Assembly (NCBI GenBank): GCA_003427395.1
Contig: BFEA01000015.1
Span: 3,203,390-3,265,345, forward strand
Length of the DNA stretch: 61,956 bases
Origin: Chara braunii
Lineage: Eukaryota; Plantae; Charophyceae
Reading direction: 5' to 3'
The notes below the pieces were generated by a model. It saw only the letters and a program-made list of their open reading frames with translations, made no database searches and was not told the origin of the DNA. The translations under genes and the position numbers were made by a program. This document shows positions 48,988-60,271 of the stretch, one piece after another (position 1 is the first letter of the stretch; each line of letters begins with the position of its first letter).

Positions 48988-49063
48988 ATCCGTTAAAATT
49001 GGAACGATACAGAAAATGAAGATTAGCATGGCCCCTGCACAAGGATGAAAAAAAAAAAAAAAA
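48988..49063 (+). pseudogene. U6: 3'-truncated, polyadenylated U6 retropseudogene
   Basis: atccgttaaaattggaacgatacaga[aaat]gaagattagcatggcccctgcacaaggatg followed by A16; 5' end lost in gap. Confidence 0.9.
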
Positions 49064-49800
49064 GACTGCCGTCTTTACCCGAATTGAATGCCCGGTCAGT
49101 ATCGCTGTCGTTGGGGCAACTCTCAGTCCAGGTACATCGATAATGACTGGGCGTTCTATTCCAGTGAAGACGGTGATGTGCTTGTATGAAAAAGGATGTG
49201 GTAGTATTGCTGACTGGCTTTCTTTTTTTTTTTTTCTTTTTTTTTTTCTACTGTTATTCAATGCATGCTTGTCAGTGTGTTAATTAAACTGCATGATGAC
49301 GGGGGGTTAATCCTGGCTGTGGAACACCTTGGCTATGCCTGAGGTTTAGTACTCGCACTACAGTAGGACTTTTGTGGATGCATTTGTGAACAACTGTGGT
49401 CAGGTTTATCCAGACAAAAAAGTACAAATCTATTATTGCTTGTGTAAATGAACCCATAAATAAAATTGCAAACGAGGCAGCCTGGGAACTTACAAATCAA
49501 GCAGAAAAAAGAATACTGCACGGAATTTGGCAATTTGCACCTCTATTCATTTGATCAGAAGCCCCTGGTGACTCAAGTTAACCATGGTTATTGTGGTAAT
49601 GGGACCGGCTCCACTGCACACCGTGCTGCACGTATCGGGAGAGTGTCGTGGGCCGGATACATTCGGACGTACCTAACACACACACAAAAAAAAAAGAAAA
49701 AAAAGAACACAATATGGGTCTCAATGTGGGTCACAATGTGGGTCACAATATGGGTCCGCAGCTGGGGCAAACCCCCCATTCCCCCCCCCCCCCCCCCAAT

Positions 49801-50236
49801 AATTTCACAGCCTGGGTAGAATTGTGAGTGAGGTCCTACGGTCTACCCCCGAACATAACGCTCCCTGATTATGAATGCATACAAACTAGCTTTCCGGTTC
49901 GAAACAGTCCTGATGAAGGTGCGTTATGTTCTGGGGAAGACGCCCTGGTAATCAACATTGCAATAAAATTTCGTTTTCAAGGCGGGTAACGACCCTGCAG
50001 TATTTCACAGACCTGTAGAATTGTGAATGAGGTCCCTGGGGGCTAAGTCCCACTTACCCCAATCCTTGATTGCTGACCGTAGATTATGAAGATCGACGGC
50101 GAGAAATGAAGCACGGGACCAAGTGGGACTTGGCCCCGGGGTCGTTATAGTAATTGTATTTTGTAATTAAATTTGCGTTTTCAAGCTGGGTAATGGTACC
50201 CCATTTTGTTCATAGGGTAGAATTGTGACTGTGACC
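49801..50236 (+). repeat. 200-bp-period repeat with a conserved backbone and divergent ~100-bp hairpins
   Basis: gtagaattgtga at about 49817, 50016, 50217; aaattt.cgttttcaag..gggtaa at about 49966 and 50169; hairpins 49841-49941 and 50040-50136. Confidence 0.65.
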
Positions 50237-50239
50237 AAT

Positions 50240-50370
50240 GGGTCTAGCGCAGTTTGTACACCCATGACCTGTTGAAATACAGATCTAAGGTCAAATCCAG
50301 ATGCAGTCAGAATGGCAAAATAATGCACTTCTGAATTACCTGGGCTGGTCAGTTCAATGATGATATCTTT
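50240..50370 (+). mobile_element. tRNA-derived SINE, family 1
   Basis: tagcgcagtttgtacacccatgacctgttgaaatacaga..ctgaattacctggg..gttcaatgatgatatc. Confidence 0.6.
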
Positions 50371-52214
50371 GAGTGAGGTCCCCGGAACCAGGTCCCACAT
50401 GACCAGATTCTTCGGTACCACTTGACCAGATCCTTTTTTTTGGGGGGGGGGGCGCTCTCAGGACCCACCCCTACCTACCTCATCTTTCTGCTTCCTTAGC
50501 ATAACTTCTGCTTCCCCATCTACGGGGGCACTTGTTTGGCCCTACCTCGGATGTACTGGACAGCGGTTGCAGACAGACACCAGCGCTAGGCCAGGCCCTA
50601 GCTGAAGCACTATCAAGCGAGCCTTGTCGCATGGGCACTTTGGTTGCCAAGCATGATCGTTGTACAGGCTTTGTTTTTTTTCCTATGTGCACCAGCCCGG
50701 GTTGGTCAGAGAGTGAATATTCCTTAGAGCCTTCCCTATGCAGTGTCTACTGGTTCTACCCTGACCAAGGTCTTACCTGAGACAGCCCTTCTGACCCAAC
50801 CGGGCGCCATGTTCCTAGCATAGCCTACTATTATTGTTGTATTAGGCGTTGTGTTATTGTTCATGCTGAAGGGGCAAGGTTATAGATCCCATAACCCGGA
50901 CCAGTTCACCACAGGGCCAATTCCTGTGAGGGAAGACCTCCGGCCCATCCCCTTTGCACCCTCCGTCGGTTATTATTAGTCATGAGTTATGATCCTAGGC
51001 CAGTCCGAAACCGAATGTTCCCACGGAGCCACCTTAGGCAATGTCTTACCTAAGCCAACTCTAGACCAGTCTGGGCACCTTTTGGGATTATTTTATGGTT
51101 GGTATCAGTGCCACTCGGTGGGATATGGTGGCGCGCGGTATAGGAGATGGGGTATGTTGGGCAGTGACGGGGAACATCCACGGGTAGTAAGGTAGGGGGA
51201 GGAGGGTGGGGCAGATGGGCAGGGGGTGTGGAGTTGCCGGACTAGGTTAGGGCTTGTCATCCTTGGTTGAAAACCCTTCCTTCTTCCTCAACAGTATGGT
51301 ATGGGTATAGTTTAGGTGGTTTTGAACTCCCTGTGGCGACTCGTCAACAGGTTTGGCGAGGGGGTGTCACACCGTCTTTGATTTTCTTCGGGGGATTGAA
51401 GATGGCCGATCATGTCCTTGGTGCCTGCTTTGCTTTGAGCCTGGATGCTGGCAGCGGGAGGAAAGGAGTTTTCCTTCCCCAAGGATGCAGGGGTAGGGTT
51501 TGAGGGGTGTGAGGTAACTGTGGTTTGGTTGAAGAAGAAGGGATGGGAGACTGCTTTCTATTGGATTAGGATTTTTCCCACGCATGGCTTGGCTGTCTGA
51601 TTTGGGGCTGTTTTTTTTCTGAAAATTTTCAGAGCTCCCATCCCTAATTGCTTGTACTAGTCCACGTTGCACCAGTTTACACTTAGTGTCTTTCTAATCT
51701 TCTTAGATGGTTTCTGTATGAAAATTTTCTCAATACTTGTATTTCGTGAGCAAGAGTCATAATCTGGAACTTGTAGTTATAATTTTCTCAACAAGGATTT
51801 TTCAGTTCTCAATTTCCATAATCGTTTTTCTCTCGTGTCATTCTCAAACTTTTCTGAATATTTCTGATCTATCTTTGATTCCTTCTTAATTTTTCCATGG
51901 TAGAGGTTCGAAATCTAATGAACATCGTTTTTTGAATACTTAATTCTAAATTCGTATTATCTCGTATCTCTTTTCTTAAATAGTATATTTGGTATAAATC
52001 TAATTCCTGTTTGTAATTGAATTCCTACGTTTTTTGAGTCGATATGTGGTTTTTCTAAATTCGACCTAATTCTACTCGTTAGACTATCGTCAAACTTCTG
52101 AATAGGGTGCTCATGAGATAGTCAAATGAAATCTCCCGTAGGGTTTGGGGTTTTCTTGCTTTGAAGTAGGGGGTTGAAGGCATCAAAGGATTCTTTGCTA
52201 GGATAGGGGGTAAA

Positions 52215-53010
52215 ATAGGGCTGGTTAACGGGTACCGGTTAGGGGGAGTCCTTAACAAAGGCGATTGGCGATGGGTAGTTAGGTTGTCCAATGGGCACCG
52301 GCTGTTGAGGGCGACCTCTAGAGCGATTGGCGTTGGGCAGTGTTGTTCACTTCCTTGATGACGGAGACTGGAGGAATTTCAGGGTGATGATGGTGCCTCC
52401 CCCCTGCTGAGATAAGCTATTCTCTGGGGTCCTTACGAGGACGGAGTTGGGAAGGTGAATAAGGTCCTTCCCTTCGATGATGGAGGGGGGATCTTTCAGG
52501 TCGTTTGTTTCAGGGCTTGCTGGTTTCCTATTTTTGTTCTATATTTCGTCAGAGGTTTGTCAGAGGTTCGTCAAGTTGTCAGAAGTCGTCAGAAGTTTTT
52601 TTGTAGCCAAGGCCTGGTAATGGCTCTGGCATATCATTTTTCTCCTATTAAAAACCTAACGGGACATCTTGTGGAGCTTTTGGGGACCTGCTTTGAAGTA
52701 AGGGGCCAGGGGCATCAAATGATTCTTTACAAGGACGGAGAGGGGAAGGAAATAGGGCTGCTCGATGGGTACCGGCTAGAGGGGCCTCTTATCAGATGCG
52801 ATTGGCGTCAGGTAGTTTAAGCTGGCTGATGGGTACCGGCTGATGAGATGGAACTCTGGCGCGATTGGCGTTGGGTAGTGCTAGTTCACCACCTCGACGA
52901 CAGAGACTGGGATTCTTGTGGGGGCAAAGAATGTCAGGGTGATGATGGCGCTCGGCCCCCGCGGAGAAGAGGCTCTCTTAAGTTCTTCACGACGACGGAG
53001 TCGGGAAGGA
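52215..53010. repeat. ~240-bp diverged direct repeat, possibly within a decayed minus-strand ORF
   Basis: 52215-52456 vs 52751-53010; recurring gcgattggcg and gggtaccgg motifs. Confidence 0.65.
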
Positions 53011-53455
53011 CGGAGGTGATTGGAAAGGAGGAAGCTGGTAGTGAATGCGATTGGCGCTGAAATTTCGACGGGTACTGGCCACTGACCGCTAACTTCACCC
53101 GGATCAGTCTGCGTTTCTTCCTTTCGATGATGGAGGCAGGATTGTTCTGTGGGGCTATTTTTCCAGAAAGAGGTTGAGTGGGATGAATAGATGGTTGGAT
53201 ATCAACCGTCCTACTGGTGAGGGGGCTAGCTTGTAGGATGGAAATAGGGCACAGCAGCAGTGGAGATGGTGGCTCTGCTGCAGTAAGTCTTGCTGGAGTA
53301 AGGTAAAGAGGATAAGATGGGGGGGTCTCTGAGTTGTTTTCTGAATTTTGCCTATTGTGAAGCTTCTGTAGTGATTTTCTCAGTACATCAAATTCTTCTT
53401 CGCCCCGGGATCCTAAATTTTCAAAATTCTTTCAAAATTCTATGTCAACTTTCAT

Positions 53456-53520
53456 ATGGGACACTGGGCCCGGTTCCCAGCACGTGCTGCTCCCCATGAA
53501 TAGATTGGAGCCTTGATCCC

Positions 53521-53550
<30 letters not shown>
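53456..53550 (+). mobile_element. 5'-truncated LINE 3' tail
   Basis: atgggacactgggcccggttcccagcacgtgctgctcccca..aataga followed by poly(A). Confidence 0.7.
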
Positions 53551-53551
<1 letters not shown>

Positions 53552-53834
53552 TGCCACTCTAGGCCAATTCGGATTCTTCATTTCTGGCCGTTGATGTTCA
53601 TAATATTTGGTCAGAAATTGGGACTTTTTTTTTTTTTTTGGGGGGGGGGGGGGCAATCGTGAATTCAGGTCAGTGGCACTTGGCACCTGACCTCCTTTTT
53701 TTGTTTTTTGTTTTTCAGTGCGCTCGACCTCGTTATCCACATAGTAGTAAGATTTCTTTCAAAACTGTTTTCAAAGTTGTAATAAACTAAATTTTATTAT
53801 CATTTTGCTTTGATAACGTGACCAAGGACCGTAC

Positions 53835-53971
53835 CCACAATTCCACCCTATGAAATACTGGGTGGCCTTTACCCAGATTGTGACACATGTTGCGTGAACC
53901 AAGGACTGTACGCACAATTCTACCCTATGAAATACTGGGTGGCCTTTACCCAGATTGTGACACATGTTGCG
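53835..53971 (-). repeat. 76-bp tandem duplication of the 49.8-50.2 kb backbone motif
   Basis: cacaattc.accctatgaaatactgggtggcctttacccagattgtgacacatgttgcg twice. Confidence 0.8.
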
Positions 53972-54488
53972 ACCCATGTTGTCTTCAAAGATGTGCATGT
54001 TGGAATAATCCTCTCTCCCGCTTGCTAGGCCTCTAATCCTACCTCTTAAGCGGGGTGATGTCCATGATCCGCTGTGCGCCGAAAACCGGCATGAAAATTC
54101 GTGTGGGCCATAGGATGGGCCCGATCGACGGGTGCGGTGCAGGAAGAACCAGTTTTCGACTGGTTTGTTCAACGTGGTGAGGGTGGTCATGTGGGGCGGC
54201 CTGCGCGGAGTGTCAATCGAGGGAAGATCTCTGAAGGAGAGCAATCTGATAGATACACCGCCATAATTTATCCTATTTTTTACAAAAAAAGGAGTATATT
54301 GTATCATCACAGGCCGTGAAACCGGCCCAGCATCCCCCACATCAATAACCACCTCCAACCCTAAACTCTAAAAAAGACCAACAGAATTCCACCCAAAAAC
54401 AACTAAACAATCAACGAATGAATGCGGCTCACCGGCAAAGAAATGAAAACCAATTACCCACTACACACATCAATGTGAACTAAGTAAC

Positions 54489-54646
54489 TGATGCTGGACC
54501 CGATTTCCAGCAGGTGCAGCTCCCCACCAATAGATGGAGCCTTCGCCGCAGGAGCCTACTTAACGGGGCTGCTCCTATCACCTCGTTAAGTAGGTTTCCC
54601 ACTTGCAAAGTTAAAAAAAAAAAGAAAAAAAAAGAAAAAAAAAAAA
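54489..54646 (+). mobile_element. 5'-truncated LINE 3' tail with 14-bp TSD
   Basis: TSD gtgaactaagtaac at 54475-54488 and 54647-54660; poly(A); same stem-loop as 41303-41358. Confidence 0.9.
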
Positions 54647-55347
54647 GTGAACTAAGTAACCTTCATAATCTGTACAAGCAAAAAGAATGAAGCAAGGATG
54701 AAGAATTCGCAAGCTACACCACACCTGAAGGAGGAGCATTAGCAATACGAAGCGACGCCCATCGCAGCTTAAAGCCCATTGTCAATGATGGTGGGCGATA
54801 CTGGTCACAGCTAAGCTCTAGCGTCTCTCTCCTGGAAGTCGGTGCTCTTCGATGCACACGCGTTTGTCATCTCCCCGTGAATCTTCAGCTTCTGACTCCG
54901 TATCAAAGCCAGGGGACAAAGTCCCTGACAGGTTTCGCATACTGGTTGGTATGTGTGGCGCCCAGATCCCGCCCTTCGGACCACCACACATCTCCTCCTT
55001 CCTCCCGTAGTCTCTCCAGGAATGCCAGCATACACTGACCGGGACCAGGATATGTCAGAAGCATTTCAGTGCTTCCTCAAGGTGGTCCCCACCCTGCACC
55101 CACGCGCCTCTTCTCCCCCACCGCCTCCGCTACCCTAACCCTAGGTTTTGGCACTGCGCAGCACTGATTGCAGCTGCATGAACACAATCCGCCACAGCCC
55201 AGGCGCTTGCTCCGGTGAAAAACTTCAGAGGAGCTAGCGCTAATGCTAACGCTCGAGAGCGCTATGCTCACAATACACAAACTGTTGAAATGCAGGCCCT
55301 GTCTTTCGTGCATGTCGAGAGTAGTGGAGAGAGTCCCTTTGCCGGAT

Positions 55348-55357
55348 CTCTCTCTTG

Positions 55358-55414
<57 letters not shown>

Positions 55415-55443
55415 CACACACACAGACATGTCGAAGTACGACA

Positions 55444-55538
<95 letters not shown>
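55348..55538. repeat. Palindromic compound microsatellite
   Basis: (CT)n(CA)n-tgtcg-aagta-cgaca-(TG)n(AG)n. Confidence 0.9.
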
Positions 55539-55541
<3 letters not shown>

Positions 55542-55676
55542 CCAAGGTTCTGCCATCGCCAGTGGCACGAACCGAGATAAGCGTGTGTGGTGTAGATATG
55601 GCGCGCGTGTCTCAAAACAAAGGAAAAAAACAATGGAAATTTGCAAAAACGTTGTGCACGCGGTCAAGATGCGAGT

Positions 55677-55871
55677 GCTTCTTCGATGGGCCAGTCACTG
55701 TGCCTCCCCTCCGGTCCCCTCCCCCTATGACCCCTGGCTGGTATTGCCCACCTGTGTAGCAGGTATTGTACCTGCTGGTGGGTGCAGCTCCCACATGTTC
55801 CCTCGTTGGAGGCTTGAGAACGGATGTGACTGCTATGGGGTTCCCCGTAATACTATAATGACAATAAAAAA
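55677..55871 (+). mobile_element. Colinear copy of the retroposed fragment at 48457-48657
   Basis: Direct homology; ends in an A-rich tail acaataaaaaa. Confidence 0.7.
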
Positions 55872-55947
55872 GGCCTGAAAGGCCGTCCTATCCAGATTCG
55901 ACAGATAATTGAATTGGTTTGGCTTCAGGAGTTAGCCTTTTAGGTTC

Positions 55948-56018
<71 letters not shown>

Positions 56019-56635
56019 CTGTCTCTCTCTACCTCTGTCTCTGTGTTGGTCTTCCGGCCTCTTCACCTCCCTGCTCCCCTGTTTTCTTCCTTCGTCCCTG
56101 TGCCTGTGAGGTTACCCACTGCATTTGTTATATCCGCGGGCGTAGCGCTTTGCTAGTTACTATAATAATACCCCTTTGGGCATTTAAATTGGCATTCCTG
56201 GGAACAATTTCGGTGTTTTTTTAACCGAAACTGTCGGGGCTTACTAGGCTCCAGCCAGTAGCTCCTGATGCTTTCTGTCAAAAACGCTGAAATTGTGGCC
56301 AGGAACTTCAAAGTTCCAAAAATGGCCAAAGGGTTAATAACCACAGTAACTTGAGTCGGTAGTGGCTTGTGAACAAATAAATAGGGGTGCCCTTGTCCAG
56401 GGCCTGTGTAGGAAATTGGCACAGCCCTCGCACCCAGTGGAAGTCAGCTCGCAGTCAGTCATCACCTCAGCATCAAGGTAATTCCACAAGCAGCAGAGTG
56501 AAGAACACAAGATGCCTGGCAGTGCTTTTTTTTTTTTTTTTTTCCTTTGCTTTTTTCCCTTTTCTCTTATCAGTACCTGGTGTGCTTTTTTTTTTTTTTT
56601 TTTCCTTTGCTTTTTTCCCTTTTCTCTTATCAGTA

Positions 56636-56705
56636 CCTGGTGACTCAGTTGGTTAGGCATGCAAGTGGCATTCAGGAGGTTGTGGGTTCAAGCCCCATGG
56701 CCGCC
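56636..56705 (+). mobile_element. tRNA-like SINE head, family 2
   Basis: A-box tgactcagttggt, B-box ggttcaagccc; no good acceptor stem; paralog at 57323-57388. Confidence 0.6.
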
Positions 56706-56834
56706 TGCGGCGCACTTAGTGCCAACCAGCAGTGATAGTCCGCTTGATACCTCTGATCGGTATTAGCAGGGTCCCTTGGCCAACACGGGTGCGAGTATGA
56801 GTGTGAGTGGGTTGTGTGTGGTGTGTGAGAGAGT

Positions 56835-57070
56835 GTTACAAAAATTCAGAAAATAAAACATGACAAAAATAAAATAGCTATTCGACGTCGATGGTTGAAT
56901 CATCTTACACCATTGTCATTAGCTATTTGGTGGTTAGGTGATGGGTCAATTGTTTCACTAGGGCGAAAGGGAGTCTTATGTACTGATGGTTTTGACAAAG
57001 ATTCTGTGAAACTTTTAGCTCATTATTTAGAAGTTGTTTGGAATGTTTACGCACATGTGGGACCCATTCT
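56835..57070 (+). pseudogene. LAGLIDADG homing endonuclease fragment (second motif region)
   Basis: KIAIRRRWLNHLTPLSLAIWWLGDGS..GRKGVLCTDGFDKDSVKLLAHYLEVVW fits the LAGLIDADG_2 pattern LTPxxLAxWxxDDG..LCTDxF; AT-rich. Confidence 0.75.
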
Positions 57071-57322
57071 ACAATGTTCAGTGGAACAAATAAACAAGAT
57101 AACATGGTGGTGGTTGAACCAGTGATGGAAACTCGATTCATTTGTTTGAAACATGAAAAACATGAACTGGAAGAAAAAAGGAAAACTGGAAATGAATTCA
57201 ATTTTGGAGTAGAAAATGTAGAAGTGTTTGGTGATCCAAAAATGATTTTGCCTAAACAGACAAAAAAGATATGCAAAAATAACCTAGTTTGGACTGAATT
57301 AACCAAATCTACAAGTCGTCAT

Positions 57323-57388
57323 TTCCAGCTCAGTTGGTAAGGCATAGAAGTTGCATTCAGAAGGTCGTGGGCTCAATCCCCATTGGCC
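57323..57388 (+). mobile_element. tRNA-like SINE head, family 2
   Basis: cagctcagttggtaaggcat..gcattcagaaggtcgtgggctcaatcccca. Confidence 0.6.
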
Positions 57389-57729
57389 TCACCTATGTGC
57401 CTGGGCAAACTTGGTGTTCTACCAGCTAGAGATAACCCGTTGGGCCCCCAAATCAGCATTGGCAGGACCTTGGCTGGTGTTGCTGGCTGCTATGCAGCAA
57501 GAATATTGGCCATTAGACACTGCCATGTGGGGTTGGGGGGGGGGTAGGGGGAGGTGCAGTGGCTGGCCATTGCTTGGCACTCGCACCGCCGATTTTCGCA
57601 TCGGCAATGCCTGCCCACCCCTTGTCACCGTGATGAGGGACTGGTACAGCCTTGCTCTCGCACCACAGTTGTGGCGCCAACCTACCCCGTGGGCTGGGGA
57701 GAGGTCCGGGTTGTTTGGTGTTCCCCCGT

Positions 57730-58369
57730 ACTATACATAGATTAACGAGAGGGTGAGATAGATGAGTACTAGCAAGACAATGAGATAGATGAGAAAAGAA
57801 TATAGCTTACTTAAAAAAAAAACAAGAAAAAACGATTGTTTGTTAGCATTTCTTCTACTTCGCCTATACGAGAAGCAAATTGCTGTGAAAATACAAAAAA
57901 GATCTTCGCTTAAACCCAAGGGTAAATCTTGTGGAACTCCACCTGGTTGTATATAACTAGCACGCATTCTTGGCCCCGGAACTCTTCCATAAAATTGGCC
58001 TTAGAGACTGCTGTTATTCGGTTGGGGGTGGGGGACGAAGAAAAGGGAGGCCTCGCAACTGGCAAAATGCTCGGTCTTTGCATCAGCCAGACCCCCACTG
58101 GCGGCCCCACCCCATCCTTGACCGCCATGGTTGGGGCAGGGGGCAACATGCATCCCCTCTGATGGCTGGAGGGAGACAACAAAGCTATTTTCGCATGGGT
58201 CCCGTGTATAATATGGGACGCTGGGCCCGGTTCCCAGCACGTGTTGCTCCCCACGAATAGGAGTAGTGGTAGGTAGGTAGTGATAGGTGAATTGAAAGAA
58301 TTCGAAAGATGACGAAAGATTTGAGAGAAGAACATAGCGTAGTTCAAAAAAAAAAAAAAAAAAAAAAAA
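57730..58369 (+). mobile_element. 5'-truncated LINE (possible ORF2 C-terminal remnant plus 3' tail)
   Basis: Shared stem-loop at 58213-58260 and poly(A) at 58345-58369; 5' limit approximate. Confidence 0.55.
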
Positions 58370-59088
58370 GATGCCTGGTAGCGCTCTTTCTTACCAGTAC
58401 CTGGTGGCTCAGATCTAACGGCCTCACATCAAGAGCTGCCTCATTTCATCTTCCCATCTGGGCTGTTGCACCACTCTTGACCAAAACCAAACCTCCACAA
58501 GTGGGGCATGACCCTGGGGTTCCTGGTGCCCTTCTCTTTTCTTTTCTTTTTCTTTTCTTTATTTCTTTATTTCTTTATTTCTTTACTTCTTTATTTCTTT
58601 ATTTTATGGGTGCCCTTTTTGGGCTTGTGACATAATTCAAACAGCCTTGGTCAAGGAGGAAAGAATGGAAAATGCCTGGCAGTGCCTTTGCTTATCACCC
58701 TTGGCTGGACCGACCTGAGTTTGAATTCAGATGGAATCAAGTCAAAGCAAAATAAAAGAAGAAAGCAAGCCCTGATTGACTTTTTCTGGTCTCTTCTTTG
58801 CTACTGGCAACCGCCATGCTGGAGTGAGCTCCCAGTCCATGTAGACCTGGTCCAGCTTGACTCTCTCATCATGCTGGAGAAGATGTACGGCCTTGCTCCA
58901 CTACCCATTTAACATGTATATGGACCATCTTTTGGACCAAATACTTTGGAATGGGTCCGACATTTCAAATGAATTGGATCCGTTATGACCTCCAGATACA
59001 TTTGAAAGGGAGTGGCGGGAGGCCCGTACCCCGTATAATTTTTCCCCTGAAGGCAGCCGAGGTCACTGGAAAGCTGCAAAGTGACCTG

Positions 59089-59429
59089 GGGCCAAGTCCC
59101 ACTAGCAGCATTGAGTTTCCTCCACGCCCCGAATCTGGATATGTTTGTGGAGATGTGCATTGTAGGATTTCGCCCCCTGAAGGCAGCGGAGTCGCCTGGG
59201 GCCTAGACGCCTAGTCCCCCTAGCAGCGTCGAGTGCCCTCAACGCCCGAATCTGGACGTGTTTGTGGCGATTTTCGACCGCACCTGTCCGCAAACACATC
59301 CAGATCGGGCGTTGAGGGAACTCAACGCTGCTACCTTCTTATAGCTGTATTTAGAATGAAAGATACCCCAAATACAGCTGTGATGACCGTATGTTGTATT
59401 CGGGGGAAGGAGGTAGTGGGACTTGGCCC
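59089..59429. mobile_element. PIF/Harbinger-type MITE with an internal hairpin
   Basis: TIR gggccaagtcccacta; TSD CTG; internal palindrome 59221-59333. Confidence 0.8.
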
Positions 59430-59649
59430 CTGGAAGGCTGCAAAGGCCAGGTCTTGTCAGATGTGGTAGAAAGGATAGAAAGGAAAAATATTAAAAAATG
59501 AAGAAAAAATTAAAAAAAAAGAGAAAAGAATTAGGAACTGTAGTGCCTGTCCAGTTGTATCCACGTCAAATCAACACTGGTGTGGAAAAGAGCTTTCTTT
59601 TCCCTGTTCAGGGTTTTTTGTTTTTTTTGGGNGGGGGGGGGGGGGGTTA

Positions 59650-59830
59650 AAAGAAGGGCGATGACCTTGAAGTATCATTGTCGAGACTGTGCCCAGGTAA
59701 TTTAGAGTCATTTAAACTTATTTGATTGGTCTGATGATTCCGATCCCAGCAGGACTTCAACTCAGGTCTCTTTATCAACAGTGCACTGGTGTGTACCAGT
59801 CCATTCACTGGCACTCAGCCACATGGGCTG
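59650..59830 (-). mobile_element. tRNA-derived SINE, family 1
   Basis: Minus strand ctgttgataaagagacctgagttgaagtcc..aattacctgggc..aatgatacttcaagg. Confidence 0.55.
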
Positions 59831-59853
59831 GGTTTTCCCTGTTAGCTTTACCA

Positions 59854-60022
59854 GGGATAAGGCGCCACTAGCAAAGAGGATTGGTTTTAATGCCTGAATG
59901 TGGACGTGTTTCCGGGAGAGGTGCAGAAAACTGCGATTGATCTGCTTTTTTGCATCTCTGCTTGAAACCAGTCCAGATTCAGGCGCTTAATCCAATCCTC
60001 TTTGCCATTGGGACCTTGCTCC
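59854..60022. mobile_element. Palindromic MITE
   Basis: gcaaagaggattgg..gcctgaatgtggac / gtccagattcaggc..ccaatcctctttgc; paralog at 61154-61319. Confidence 0.75.
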
Positions 60023-60194
60023 AGGCCAATCCAGCAAACAAAAGCTACTTCCCAGAACTTTGCACGATAGGAAAAGACAAATGAGGGCTTACCCAGTCAT
60101 ATCCACCTCAGCTAGATGGTGAAAATGATATTTCTGATGATACTAACAAATAATACTAATAAAATAATACTAATAGTAGTAGTAGTAATATTAA

Positions 60195-60213
60195 TATTAT
60201 TATTATTATTACG

Positions 60214-60257
<44 letters not shown>

Positions 60258-60271
60258 TATTATTATTATTA
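60195..60271. repeat. (TTA)n microsatellite
   Basis: TTA run. Confidence 0.95.

Noticed and set aside
49860-49920. Hammerhead ribozyme (cgaaacagtc-ctgatga)
   Set aside because: Only 5 nt between GAAA and CTGATGA, the upstream ctgatta lacks the conserved G, and stem I does not form
55131-55148. Telomeric repeat
   Set aside because: Only about two degenerate units (ccctaaccctagg)
56636-57388. Functional tRNA genes
   Set aside because: A/B boxes are present but acceptor and anticodon stems are broken; treated as SINE heads
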